DNA of 64,000 nucleotides, taken from NCBI GenBank assembly GCA_965223335.1, contig OZ244991.1, forward strand, positions 832,001-896,000, read 5' to 3'. Below the pieces are notes generated by a model, which did not search any database, was not told the origin of the DNA, and was given only the letters and a program-made list of their open reading frames with translations. The first letter of the stretch is position 1, and every line of letters starts with the position of its first letter. Origin of the DNA: Thermodesulfobacteriota bacterium (GTDB lineage Bacteria; Desulfobacterota_D; UBA1144; Nemesobacterales; UBA2774). This document shows positions 8,299 to 18,712 of the stretch, in pieces. A program made the translations under genes and the position numbers.

Positions 8299-11142
8299 TT
8301 AGTTATCTTCGCGGTTAAACCCTCTTTCCTGCAAGAGCATATTCCGCCTCTGCCTGTCCTCGAGCAGTTCCTGCATATCGGCCTCTGTCTCTACGATTCG
8401 AGGTGTAAGCAGAATCATAAGGTTGATCTTTTGACTCTGGCGCTGTTTGAACTTAAATAGATTGCCAAGCACAGGGATCCTACCGAGCACAGGCACCCTG
8501 TTTTGCAACACACCCTCGCGGTCCTGCACAAGCCCGCCGATTACAATAGTCTGCCCGTCTTTTACCACAACCGACGAATCAGCCGTACGCGTTGTTGTGG
8601 CAATACCGAACTGTGCGGTGTTAAGCCCCGCGGGGGCATCGCGGATCGCGGAGACCTCGGTAAGAATGTTTAGGTTAAGGAAATCCCCCTCACTTATCTG
8701 AGGAGTGATCGAGAGCCTTATTCCAACCGGCTCACGTTGGATGGTTTGCACAGTAACACCACCCTCACCCACGGTGTTTCCCGTGGGAAACGGTATTACA
8801 TCGGCCACTACGATCTCAGCCGGTTCATTATCGGTGGTAATAATGCTTGGGGTCGAGAGCACATTCACATCGGTTAAAGAGGTGAGTGCCTGAAACAGTG
8901 CGCTGAACGAAGGTATTGGTGGTATGGGCCCTGAGCCGTCCGGGTCAACCTCCTCCCCGATTACACCTAGGAATAGACCCGAGAGACTGCCTACAAGGTT
9001 TACCGAATTTTCCGGATCAGCCGCTACACCAAGCAGGCTCGGCACACCCGGGAGTATTGTACCGCCAAATGCAAGGTTGTTGTCGTTGATGGTAAAACCT
9101 ATGCTCAGGTTGGTACCGAAAGACCTGAGTTTATCCAAACTTACCTCTAGTATTGCCGCTTCTACAAATACCTGTTTTCTCCGTATATCAAGTTGTTCAA
9201 TTACGGCCTTGACGGTTTCGTAATCGCGCCTCGAGCCTATAATAATCACAGAGTTTGTGGACGGGTCTGCCGTAATTCTAAGCCCTTCGGTCTCTGCAAC
9301 CGCAGCCGATAACCCGCTTGTGGCTTGTCGGGTAATGGCCTGACGTGCAGCCGCACCCGAGCCCACACCCGTTATCTCCGTTGTACCAAACGCCGACCCT
9401 CTACCCGCGGTAAGTGTGTTTGCAACACCCCTTTGCTGAGGCTGTCGGCTAGCCAGCGACGACCTCACTCCCCCCCCGCCTCCAAAGAGACTAGAGAGCA
9501 CTCCCACTACCTGCTCGGCATCTGCATTTAGCAGGCGTATCACATATATTCCGTCCTCAGGTACTTCAGTCTCAACGTCAAGGATCTCTATTACAGCCTT
9601 TATCTTAGCCATATCGTCGGGATAGGCTATTACGATTAGCGAATTGGTTCTATCGTCAGTAATTACCTTAAACCCGCCCAGCGACGATGGTGTTTGACCC
9701 TGCGAGGTTACTTGGGCCGCCGCCTGTGGCTGTGCCGCTCTACGTTGTGTCGCACGTGTGCGAGTCCCAGCGTCACGCCCTGCGCGCGTTGCCGGTTGCG
9801 CCCTCCTCACAGGAGTAGTACCCCCAGCGGATCCACCGAATATCTCTATCAGCTTCGTAGCCACATCGCCCGCCTCTGCATTTTGGAGCTTAATAAACTC
9901 AATCTCCGTTTCAACGTCCAGATTCTCTATTATTTCCAGCACCCTGTTCAGGTTATCCACGGTCTCAATGATGATAAGCAGGTTCATGGCAGGGTAAACA
10001 ACTATGTCACCCTCTCTCGAGATAAGAGGTTTAAGCAAGTTTGCCGCATCATTGGCCCTAATGTTTTGAAGCGGGACAAGCCTTGTGATATACCTGTCGG
10101 ACGAGTCCCCCATCTTAGTACCCACCTCTGTGGGGATGCTCTGGTTTTTTATCTCTCTTTTTGGAACGATTAAATTAGTGCCGTTTTTCTCTACTATTGA
10201 GAACCCGTTTAAGTCCAAGATGGTCTCAAATAGCCTCATAGCGTTTTCTTTTTTAAACCCGCCCGGGGCTATGACTGTTACTTTTTTACCCTTGACCGAC
10301 TCGTCCAGTACAAAATTCTCACCTGTTATCTCGCTTATTGTCTGTATGAGGTCTTGCACATCCATTTCGGGCTGAATGTTTACGACCTCTTCCTCGGTCG
10401 TGCGGGTCTCGGGTCCTGTGATCTCCCTAGGAGGTGGTGGGGTAGGAGGAGTGTACTGTTCCCGTGGGACCTCCTCTCGCTTAGTCTCAGGTGGCGATTC
10501 TTCATCTTCGGGCTTGTTTTTTTGGTTTGACGGAGCTTTACGGAGCTGCTCTTCATACCTTGACTTGCTACCCATGCGCCTCTGTAGCCTTAGCTGTCTA
10601 CGCTGCTCATGGGTAAGGTTTCTGGGATCTGCATCAGGAGCGTCTTCGACCTCTGACTCTGAATCAGTGGGTTGATCATCACCCCACTGACTTGCTCCAG
10701 CTCCCAGATCGTCATCAAATCCCTCTTGTGGTGCGTCAAGGTCGTTTTGTGCAAGTAGCAACCCGCTACTGACGTCATGAGCAGAAACAGCTTTAGTTTG
10801 AGCAACTACGATTTCGCTTGAATCCCCAGAGCTTGGGATCTCTAAAAACTGCCCTGCAGTAATATTATCTCCGCTCAAGTTGTTGGCAGCTTTAATCTCA
10901 TCAGTGGTGGTGTTGTTTCTGGCCGCAATCCCCGAGAGCGTGTCACCCGGTTTTATTTCGTAACGGATAGGTTTGGGTTGGAAATTGCTTTTTATCTCTT
11001 GTGTAATTAATGGGTCGGGCTCTATCTCTTTGGTTTGGGCTGTGTTTTCGCCCACAACGGACTTATCGCGGTCTGTATTTATGTATATATATAAGGTAAC
11101 TAGGAATGCTATGGCAATTACATTAATTAATAAGCCTCTCAT
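8299..11142 (-). CDS. gspD: T2SS secretin GspD with N-terminal LysM domain
   Basis: N0-N3 repeats (ITDDRTNSLIV, ITADPSTNSVII), QVFVEAAILEV, GGLV...VPVLGRIPVLGNLFK secretin core; LysM at aa 61-103. Confidence 0.93.
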   Translation of the reverse strand: MRGLLINVIAIAFLVTLYIYINTDRDKSVVGENTAQTKEIEPDPLITQEIKSNFQPKPIRYEIKPGDTLSGIAARNNTTTDEIKAANNLSGDNITAGQFLEIPSSGDSSEIVVAQTKAVSAHDVSSGLLLAQNDLDAPQEGFDDDLGAGASQWGDDQPTDSESEVEDAPDADPRNLTHEQRRQLRLQRRMGSKSRYEEQLRKAPSNQKNKPEDEESPPETKREEVPREQYTPPTPPPPREITGPETRTTEEEVVNIQPEMDVQDLIQTISEITGENFVLDESVKGKKVTVIAPGGFKKENAMRLFETILDLNGFSIVEKNGTNLIVPKREIKNQSIPTEVGTKMGDSSDRYITRLVPLQNIRANDAANLLKPLISREGDIVVYPAMNLLIIIETVDNLNRVLEIIENLDVETEIEFIKLQNAEAGDVATKLIEIFGGSAGGTTPVRRAQPATRAGRDAGTRTRATQRRAAQPQAAAQVTSQGQTPSSLGGFKVITDDRTNSLIVIAYPDDMAKIKAVIEILDVETEVPEDGIYVIRLLNADAEQVVGVLSSLFGGGGGVRSSLASRQPQQRGVANTLTAGRGSAFGTTEITGVGSGAAARQAITRQATSGLSAAVAETEGLRITADPSTNSVIIIGSRRDYETVKAVIEQLDIRRKQVFVEAAILEVSLDKLRSFGTNLSIGFTINDNNLAFGGTILPGVPSLLGVAADPENSVNLVGSLSGLFLGVIGEEVDPDGSGPIPPIPSFSALFQALTSLTDVNVLSTPSIITTDNEPAEIVVADVIPFPTGNTVGEGGVTVQTIQREPVGIRLSITPQISEGDFLNLNILTEVSAIRDAPAGLNTAQFGIATTTRTADSSVVVKDGQTIVIGGLVQDREGVLQNRVPVLGRIPVLGNLFKFKQRQSQKINLMILLTPRIVETEADMQELLEDRQRRNMLLQERGFNREDN

Positions 11143-11243
11143 GGCTCTAACCTCTCCGACTGCCTACGTGCGCTATTTACTCTAATATACTTCCAGCCTC
11201 AACCCCACAATTTATAAGTCGTTATCTATACACTTTAACCGAT

Positions 11244-12182
11244 TTATCGTACATTGTACTCATACGTATATTTTTGCCCGGCCCTAGTAAAATCTATTGT
11301 AAAATTGCTCTGAGACCTAAGCTCTTCAAACAACCCCAGCGCTCTTTCCACATCACTTAGCTCGACCCCGTTAATATGGTTCATGATGTCGCCGTTTCTG
11401 ATACCTATTTTATGGAATACCGTGTTGGGTCTAATACCGAAAAACCTAAGCCCATCGTCCTGGGGAATGACCCTGGCCTGGTTTAAAATGGTCGTCGGGT
11501 CCCCGAGTACCTCTTCCAGCATATCCCTGTCTATTACGTACTGACCCTCGTCCACTTTCTGAATCCCCCTATCTAATGTACTCCCTTGGGATTTGGCATC
11601 ATTCTTAGGCCTTGGCCTGTTAACCCTCTTCGTAGGTATTGTAGTCTTGGTGGACGCTACCTCGGTCTGATTCTTCAAATTTAGACATTTTATGGTTTCA
11701 GGCCCCTTACCCACGCGCTCTATTACAGCCTTACAGTTCTCAACACGTACAAGCCTCACGTTTTCATTCTCGATTATATTTATTATCTGACCGCCCCTAA
11801 ACCCGTCTACTTTACTGTTGCTAAGGTTTTTGATAATCGCTATAGACGGAGCGTCCCTATTCACTATCGTCCCCAAGAGCTCTAAGTCCAGATTAGATTC
11901 CGGGATGTTTTCGGACGAGCCCACAGTACTCTCGTTCGAACCCACATTCGTAACACCAAACAGGTTCCTCTGCACAATTACCTCATAGTAGTTTAGAGGC
12001 TGGCGGCGAGACGAGCGCTTAACAGGGTTATTTGACGAATTCTGTTGAGATGCCACAGCGGTCGATGAGCTTAGCTCACCCTCTATAGAACTATTTACTA
12101 CCGTGGCAAGTACATAAGCAAGGGCACTCAATAAAAGTAGGTTTAAAACCCACACATACTTTTTAAGAATAGTGACAATCAT
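11244..12182 (-). CDS. gspC: T2SS protein GspC (PDZ-containing)
   Basis: N-terminal TM, RNLFG, LELLGT (HR domain), C-terminal PDZ (GIRNGDIMNHINGVEL); first gene of the gsp operon. Confidence 0.9.
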   Translation of the reverse strand: MIVTILKKYVWVLNLLLLSALAYVLATVVNSSIEGELSSSTAVASQQNSSNNPVKRSSRRQPLNYYEVIVQRNLFGVTNVGSNESTVGSSENIPESNLDLELLGTIVNRDAPSIAIIKNLSNSKVDGFRGGQIINIIENENVRLVRVENCKAVIERVGKGPETIKCLNLKNQTEVASTKTTIPTKRVNRPRPKNDAKSQGSTLDRGIQKVDEGQYVIDRDMLEEVLGDPTTILNQARVIPQDDGLRFFGIRPNTVFHKIGIRNGDIMNHINGVELSDVERALGLFEELRSQSNFTIDFTRAGQKYTYEYNVR

Positions 12183-12478
12183 TTAAGTAGCTTAATTAAT
12201 TTTACCTTACAAAATAAAGCCTGTTACTTTAGCTGTCAAGCATTTTTAGACAGCCACCCGATCCTACAAATTCTTTACATCATCTGTGTTGAATGCTGTT
12301 TCTTAAGATATTACCCGACCCGTTACCACACTCTCAAACAAACACCATAACACTCATTGCGGGCGCATTCCGTATTTAAAATACATTAGAGAATATGAGC
12401 CCCCCCGCGTTTACAATTTACTTTTTTTTAATGAAAAATCAATCTCAACTTTCCACACTGACACTATGTTCTTGTTCC

Positions 12479-13906
12479 TCAGTGATAGTAGCGATCGTCG
12501 GTGACACAACAGTTCACAAGCTCTGTAAGCAGCTCTTGCTGAAACGTTCTTGCTATAGGCCCAAGCCCGTTAGAGAGTATAGAAAACACCAGCACGTCGC
12601 CACGCATAGTATATATAAACCCCGAAAGTGCACGAACGTTGCGGAGATAGCCGGTTTTTGCCATTACCCGTCCCTGCACCGCAGTTTTCTTGAACCTTTT
12701 TCTCAACGTGCCGTCCACCCCTGCTACCGGTAGAGATATCATAAACTCAGATGAAATCAGGTGGTTATTATACGCATAGCTTAGAATCCTGGTCAGCGTG
12801 TCTGGCGAGACCCTGTTTAAGAGTGAGAGTCCCGAGCCGTCTACCACTGTATACCCGTCCTCGATCCCCGCCTGATTCAAAAACTCTGAAATCACCTGAG
12901 ACCCTTTCGTCCAAGTACCGGGGGCACCCTTGAATTTGGCACCCATAGTTTTCATCAAATTCTCGCCGATGACGTTCACACTGTTCTTGTTGTACTCGGT
13001 CACTACTAGATTTAGCGGTTCGGAATGGTGTGTATAGAAACTGTTCGCCCACCTGGGTACCGTACCGTGCTCCACCTGGCCCTCGACAGCAATACCCCCT
13101 GCCTCGATAGCACCCTTTATCACCCCTCCGGCGAAGATGGCGGGATCGCTCACGGGGATCTTTAGTACTATATTGCCCCTGGGTCTTATTCTGCCGTCGA
13201 GTATCAATGAGTTACTGCCCTGCCACGATGTAGTTAACACACTCTTTTTCTTAGATGTAACAGCCCTATTGATAATTTTAATATTGGAGCCCTTGGGATG
13301 AATCATTACCGCAGGGTTTTTGCCAAGCCCCGTTCCGCTAACGGTAATCTCGAGAACATTGTAGTTTAAAGACAGCGCACTTATAGGCGGGCTGTAAAAA
13401 TCATCCTTCCACTCCTGCTTCCAGCCCCTCGGTCGTCTGATTTTACTGAAATACTCGTCGTCTACTATTATCCCGCCCTTTATCTGCTTTACTCCCAGGT
13501 GCTTTAGCTTATAGACCAGGTACCCGATGTTTGCGTCCGAGAGCGTGGGGTCGCCATAGCCCTTAATGTACAGCCCCCCATGCAGCACACCGTTTGATAT
13601 CTCGCCCCCGGAATAAAACTCGGTCTTAAACCTATAGTCCTTACCTAGCAGCGAGAGTGCCGCAACGGATGTTATGATTTTTTCGTTAGATGCCGGGATA
13701 AACATCCTTTCGGGGTTATGCTCGAATATTGTCTGCCCCGAACGAAGCGATTTTACAACCACTCCTAGCTTGCCATTCTCTCTGGCACCATCAGGCACCA
13801 TTGAGTACAACTTGTCGGAGTATAAATTTGTCCCTGCAGAAAACGCAGTATGCGCAAGGGACAAGATCAGCAATAGGGTTATAAATATCGAGTACGATTT
13901 TCTCAT
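12479..13906 (-). CDS. dacB: D-alanyl-D-alanine carboxypeptidase/endopeptidase PBP4
   Basis: PASNEK (SxxK), SVN, DGSGLS, AKTG motifs; signal peptide. Exact start (13906/13915/13942) uncertain. Confidence 0.92.
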   Translation of the reverse strand: MRKSYSIFITLLLILSLAHTAFSAGTNLYSDKLYSMVPDGARENGKLGVVVKSLRSGQTIFEHNPERMFIPASNEKIITSVAALSLLGKDYRFKTEFYSGGEISNGVLHGGLYIKGYGDPTLSDANIGYLVYKLKHLGVKQIKGGIIVDDEYFSKIRRPRGWKQEWKDDFYSPPISALSLNYNVLEITVSGTGLGKNPAVMIHPKGSNIKIINRAVTSKKKSVLTTSWQGSNSLILDGRIRPRGNIVLKIPVSDPAIFAGGVIKGAIEAGGIAVEGQVEHGTVPRWANSFYTHHSEPLNLVVTEYNKNSVNVIGENLMKTMGAKFKGAPGTWTKGSQVISEFLNQAGIEDGYTVVDGSGLSLLNRVSPDTLTRILSYAYNNHLISSEFMISLPVAGVDGTLRKRFKKTAVQGRVMAKTGYLRNVRALSGFIYTMRGDVLVFSILSNGLGPIARTFQQELLTELVNCCVTDDRYYH

Positions 13907-13963
13907 ACTAAACATTAAATACCAATCGTTACTTATTGTCAATACGTAATATTTTATTTTCGT

Positions 13964-16681
13964 TTAATGGGCCAATGCCCAATTAGGACCTTCCCCGATA
14001 TCCACTTTTAGAGGTACTTCGAGCTTCCATGCGTTTTCCATCTCACTTACCACAATAGATTTTACACTATCCACCTCACCCAGATCAACCTCAAATACAA
14101 GTTCGTCATGCACTTGGAGAATCATGCGCGATCTGTAGCTGCCCGATAGTTTTTGATGAATGTTGATCATGGCAATATTTATAATATCGGCGGCCGAGCC
14201 CTGGATTGGGGTGTTAACAGCAGTGCGTTCACCAAACCCCCGGTTGCCGCGGTTATTGGATTTAAGCTCGGGTATCGGGCGGCGGCGCCCGAGTATAGTC
14301 TGTGCATAGCCATTATTGAGAGCATCCGCAATGGATCTATCTAAATAGGTCTTCACCATACTGTAACGCTTGAAGTACTCGTCAATGTAGCTCTTTGCAA
14401 TTGACACGGATGTGCCGAGCTGCTTGGCCAGACCAAACCCGCTAATACCGTAAATAATCCCGAAATTGATATTCTTTGCCAGCCGCCTCATGTCAGGGGT
14501 AACATCGTCTTCACTGACCCCGAATATCTCAGCGGCAGTACGGTTATGTATATCGCTACCATTCTGAAACGCTTCCACAAGGCTTGGGTCTAGTGAAAAA
14601 TGCGCAAGGAGCCTAAGCTCGATCTGCGAGTAGTCCGCAGAGAGCAGCACACAACCGTCCTCAGGCACAAAAGCCTCTCTTATTCGCCGTCCCTCGGTGG
14701 TTTTTATGGGGATGTTCTGTAGGTTGGGGTCGCTTGAGCTCAGCCTGCCTGTCGAGGTACCGACCTGGTTGTACGAGGTGTGGATCCTCCCGGTTTCGGG
14801 GTTTATGAGCTTGGGCAGCGAGTCCACATAGGTGGATTTCAGCTTGGCGAGAGTTCTATACGAGAGCACTTTTTCGGGCACAGGATGGTATTTGCTCAGA
14901 TCGTTTAGCACCTCTACATCCGTTGAGGGCTCGCCGGTTTTAGTCATCTTTTTCTGCGGGAGTTCTAATTTTTCAAACAAAACCTCGCGAAGCTGGAGTG
15001 GTGAGTTTAAATTAAACTCATACCCCACCTCTGTGTATATCTCTTTTTTGATATCCTCTAGCGAGGCTTGAAACTCCCGAGCCAATTCATGGAGCAAAGA
15101 GCCATCGAGTTTGACACCACTAATCTCCATGTGCGCCAACACCTTGATAAATTCCAGCTCCACATCCCTATACACTTTCTCAAACCCACATTGCTCGAGT
15201 TCATCACTGAGCCTGCGGGTTAGAATCATTGTCACATCGGCGTCTTCACACGCGTAGGTCATGGCTCTACTGATCTCGACCTGGTCAAAACTCAACTTGT
15301 CTTTCCCACTGCCGGTCACATCCTTATAGCTAATCATCTGGTGACCCAGATAGATCCTAGAAAGCTCATCTAGCTTGTAAGAATTGCGAGACGAGTCCAC
15401 CATGTGTGCCGCAACCATCGTATCGAACCATATACCCCGTAGCTCTATCCCGTACTTATGCAACACCACATACTCGTATTTTAGGTTCTGTCCGATTTTT
15501 TTGATATTGTCATCTTGGAAAATATCCCGTAACTCCGCGAGTACATAATTTAGATCAAGCTGATTTAGCTTCGAATCCGTAAGGGATGTGTGTGCAACAG
15601 GCACATAGTACGACTCATGTTCCCTGGGCGAGAGCGCAATACCGACTATCTCTGCAAGCATCGGTTCTTTTGAAGTGGTCTCGAAATCAAAAGAAAGCTC
15701 CTTGGTCTCGGCCACAAGCTCTATCACCTTCTTAAGCTCGTCCTTCTTAAGCACAACACTGTAGTTGTCGTACGCCACACTGCCGGGGTTCCCACCACCG
15801 GCTTTATCGATAGGATCCAGTTCTGTTTCACTGCCACCCAGCTCGCGTACTAGGTTTTTAAACTCGAGCTCCTTAAACATCTGCCCCAGCTTCTCCTTAT
15901 CGAATCCACTATACCTAAACAGCTCGGGATCGGTGTCCATATCTATATCGGTCTTTATCGTCACCAGTTCTTTGCTCAACAGCGCATTTTCTCTATCGGT
16001 TGTTATCAGCTCCTTTTGCCGCTTTGTGACCGAGTCCAATTGCTCCATCAACCCTTCCAATGAACCGAACGATTTGATCAGGGTTACGGCGGTCTTCTCA
16101 CCAATACCCTTTACACCCGGGATGTTGTCCACCGAATCCCCCGCCAAGGCAAACACGTCTATCATCTTGTCAGGTGTGACCCCATAGCGCTCAACCACAT
16201 CCTCGATCCCTGTTTTTTTGTTCTTCATCGTATCGAGCAGCGTTACTTTTTCGGTCACTAACTGACAAAAATCCTTATCCCCCGTCACAAGTACAACCTC
16301 GGTGCTGTGGTTCTCGGCATTTTTTGCCACAGTACCCATAAGGTCGTCTGCCTCGTACCCCTCACACTGAAGCCTCGTGATATTAAAAGCGTCCACTATC
16401 TCAAAAATCATAGGGAACTGGGGTTTCAGATCCTCGGGGGGCTCCCCCCGGTTGGCCTTATATAGTGGGTACACATCGTTACGAAACGTATTACCCTTGG
16501 AATCAAACACCACACCCAGGAACTCGGGCTCGTAATCCTTAATAAACTTAAAGAGCATCGATGTAAATCCATACACGGCGTTTGTGGGGGTACCGTCCGA
16601 TGTGCTAAGGTGGCGGATTGCATAATAGGCCCGGAAAATATATGAACTGCCGTCAATAAGATAGAGCGTGGGTTTACCCAT
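13964..16681 (-). CDS. polA: DNA polymerase I
   Basis: LIDGSSYIFRAYY 5'-3' exonuclease, FDFET 3'-5' exonuclease, DYSQIELR, AKNINFGIIYG, QVHDEL. Confidence 0.98.
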   Translation of the reverse strand: MGKPTLYLIDGSSYIFRAYYAIRHLSTSDGTPTNAVYGFTSMLFKFIKDYEPEFLGVVFDSKGNTFRNDVYPLYKANRGEPPEDLKPQFPMIFEIVDAFNITRLQCEGYEADDLMGTVAKNAENHSTEVVLVTGDKDFCQLVTEKVTLLDTMKNKKTGIEDVVERYGVTPDKMIDVFALAGDSVDNIPGVKGIGEKTAVTLIKSFGSLEGLMEQLDSVTKRQKELITTDRENALLSKELVTIKTDIDMDTDPELFRYSGFDKEKLGQMFKELEFKNLVRELGGSETELDPIDKAGGGNPGSVAYDNYSVVLKKDELKKVIELVAETKELSFDFETTSKEPMLAEIVGIALSPREHESYYVPVAHTSLTDSKLNQLDLNYVLAELRDIFQDDNIKKIGQNLKYEYVVLHKYGIELRGIWFDTMVAAHMVDSSRNSYKLDELSRIYLGHQMISYKDVTGSGKDKLSFDQVEISRAMTYACEDADVTMILTRRLSDELEQCGFEKVYRDVELEFIKVLAHMEISGVKLDGSLLHELAREFQASLEDIKKEIYTEVGYEFNLNSPLQLREVLFEKLELPQKKMTKTGEPSTDVEVLNDLSKYHPVPEKVLSYRTLAKLKSTYVDSLPKLINPETGRIHTSYNQVGTSTGRLSSSDPNLQNIPIKTTEGRRIREAFVPEDGCVLLSADYSQIELRLLAHFSLDPSLVEAFQNGSDIHNRTAAEIFGVSEDDVTPDMRRLAKNINFGIIYGISGFGLAKQLGTSVSIAKSYIDEYFKRYSMVKTYLDRSIADALNNGYAQTILGRRRPIPELKSNNRGNRGFGERTAVNTPIQGSAADIINIAMINIHQKLSGSYRSRMILQVHDELVFEVDLGEVDSVKSIVVSEMENAWKLEVPLKVDIGEGPNWALAH

Positions 16682-16689
16682 AGCCTTAC

Positions 16690-16718
16690 ATTGTAGGAGT
16701 TAATGGTTTTAGTGTCAA
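16690..16718 (-). promoter_or_regulatory. sigma70-type promoter of polA
   Basis: TTGACA-17nt-TACAAT, with the -10 box 8 nt from the ATG. Confidence 0.7.
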
Positions 16719-16814
16719 AATCGGGTGTAGATCAAGCAGTAAAATAGCTGGAAACAGGATGTGTAGATAAACTCAATTTGTTAGAATTAAGGCACGTAAC
16801 ATGGGCTAAAAAGA

Positions 16815-17840
16815 TTAACGCTGGGGCTCGATTATCACCTTTACCGAGTCACTAGCATCCGAAACCATTTTGAAGCCCAGTTCAGTTTCCCCGAGCCCGA
16901 GCTTGTGAGTGACCATATCCGCCACGTTGACACGCTTTGCCCTAATGAGCTCCAATGCCAATGCCAGCTCCTCAGGTGCAGCGGCATAAGAGCTCGTCAC
17001 CTGCACACCCGACCACCAGAACTCGTTAAATGGGATGTTAATTTTAGTGTCGGGATCAGTGGGCGCAAAAAACAGTATCCTCCCCCCGTTTTCAACTATC
17101 CGAAAGGCCTGCTCTATTGCAGGCACAGCCCCCGTGCATACCACCACACAGTCCACAAGCTGCCCCCCGTTATTGTCTCGTAGATAAGACTCAATATCCT
17201 CTTCGGCTTTAATTGCAAAATCAGCACCAAAGCGCAAAGCCGCTTCGAGCCTATAATCATTTACATCCGATGCAAATATCCGCCCGGCACCAAGTGCCTT
17301 GGCCGCTTGGATGTGCAAAAGCCCTGTGATCCCGCTACCCATAACAAACACGCTTGAGCCCATTTGAAAGCCCGCAACCCTCTGCCCGCGTATAACACAG
17401 CCCAACGGTTCTACAAATGAGCCCTCGTCATAGCTCACCTCGTCCGGCAGATTAAGCACTCCCCTGTCCACATTTATTGCAGGGATCCTAATGTACTCAG
17501 CAAACCCGCCCGGGTCGAAATGTGTTGAGCGCAGAGTTGAACACGCTGTGTGGTTATCGCGCAAACAGTGATAGCATGTGTTACAGGGCACATGGTGAGT
17601 GGCAACCACCCTGTCTCCCACTGCAAACTTATTCACATTCGCACCGACCTCTGTGACCTCTCCAGTGATCTCGTGCCCGAGCACTAGCGGGGCTTTAGGT
17701 ACCCTGTACCACTCCATCAGGTCACTGCCGCATATCCCGCTTGAGTGCACCTTTATCATGATCTCCTCGGGTCCGATCTGGGGCTTTGGGACCTCTTCGA
17801 GCCTTATATCGCTGTTGTTGTAGTACATTGCTACACGCAC
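16815..17840 (-). CDS. Zn-dependent medium-chain (polyol/sugar-type) dehydrogenase
   Basis: GICGSD, GHE, structural Zn CxxCxxC...C, EPLGC, Rossmann GSGITG. Confidence 0.88.
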   Translation of the reverse strand: MRVAMYYNNSDIRLEEVPKPQIGPEEIMIKVHSSGICGSDLMEWYRVPKAPLVLGHEITGEVTEVGANVNKFAVGDRVVATHHVPCNTCYHCLRDNHTACSTLRSTHFDPGGFAEYIRIPAINVDRGVLNLPDEVSYDEGSFVEPLGCVIRGQRVAGFQMGSSVFVMGSGITGLLHIQAAKALGAGRIFASDVNDYRLEAALRFGADFAIKAEEDIESYLRDNNGGQLVDCVVVCTGAVPAIEQAFRIVENGGRILFFAPTDPDTKINIPFNEFWWSGVQVTSSYAAAPEELALALELIRAKRVNVADMVTHKLGLGETELGFKMVSDASDSVKVIIEPQR

Positions 17841-17896
17841 CGGTTAGTACACTCCTACTATACAGTGATTAGATAACTTCTGGGACTGTGTATGGA

Positions 17897-18712
17897 CTAA
17901 ACGTTTGCAACCTTCTTCGACTCTTCTTCTTTGACTGTAAGGAAGAGTTCATGCGCCTGTTTGGGGTTGTTGTTTTCATGCACAATCGACCTAATGGCAC
18001 GGATGATTGCAACAGGGTGGTCGTTTTGCCAAATGTTACGACCCATATCCACACCCACTGCACCCTGCTCAATAGCACTATGGGTCATCTCAAACACATC
18101 CATCTCGGTCTCGAGCTTTGGCCCCCCTGCTATCACAATCGGCACAGGACAACTGGAAGTAACCTTCTCGAACTCCTCGCAATAATAAGTCTTCACTATG
18201 TGAGTGCCAAGCTCGGCACAGATCCTGCAGCATAGCGAGAGGTAACGCGCATCGCGTTTCTCAAGTTCCTTACCCACAGCCGTTATTCCTAGCACGGGGA
18301 TACCATACTCCTCACCTTTATTCACCAGTTCTGCCAAGTTAAGCAGTGTTTGACGCTCGTGCTCAGAGCCTATAAATACAGAGATACCCACTCCCGCGAC
18401 ATTTAACTTTATGGCATCGGTAAACGATGTTGTGAGTCCCTCATCAGAGAGGTCAGGGCCTACAATACTCACCCCTCCCGATACCCTAAGCACCACATTG
18501 GTGCGCGCCTCGGGGTCAACACAGTTGCGCAGCAGCCCGCGCGTAAGCATTATGGTATCCGCATAGGGGATCAAAGGCTCTATAGTCTCACGTGGAATCT
18601 CCAATCTGTGTGTGGGGCCCAGAAAATATCCGTGATCCAACGCCAGCATCACGGCCCTGCCCGTATCGGGATTAATTATTCTGGACATGCGGTTTTTCAT
18701 ACCCCAATCCAT
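17897..18712 (-). CDS. lsrF: LsrF-like 3-hydroxy-5-phosphooxypentane-2,4-dione thiolase (class I aldolase fold)
   Basis: MDWGMKNRMSRI, MLALDHGYFLGPT, VKTYY (Schiff-base Lys), IAGGPK, GVDMGRNI are LsrF-type motifs. Confidence 0.85.
   Translation of the reverse strand: MDWGMKNRMSRIINPDTGRAVMLALDHGYFLGPTHRLEIPRETIEPLIPYADTIMLTRGLLRNCVDPEARTNVVLRVSGGVSIVGPDLSDEGLTTSFTDAIKLNVAGVGISVFIGSEHERQTLLNLAELVNKGEEYGIPVLGITAVGKELEKRDARYLSLCCRICAELGTHIVKTYYCEEFEKVTSSCPVPIVIAGGPKLETEMDVFEMTHSAIEQGAVGVDMGRNIWQNDHPVAIIRAIRSIVHENNNPKQAHELFLTVKEEESKKVANV

Noticed and set aside
12183..12478. Possible ncRNA in the gspC-dacB intergenic region
   Set aside because: No recognisable family motif or strong structure; consistent with a promoter region.
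17897..18712. AI-2 quorum-sensing (lsr) operon
   Set aside because: Only lsrF is present; no transporter, kinase, isomerase or repressor in the window.
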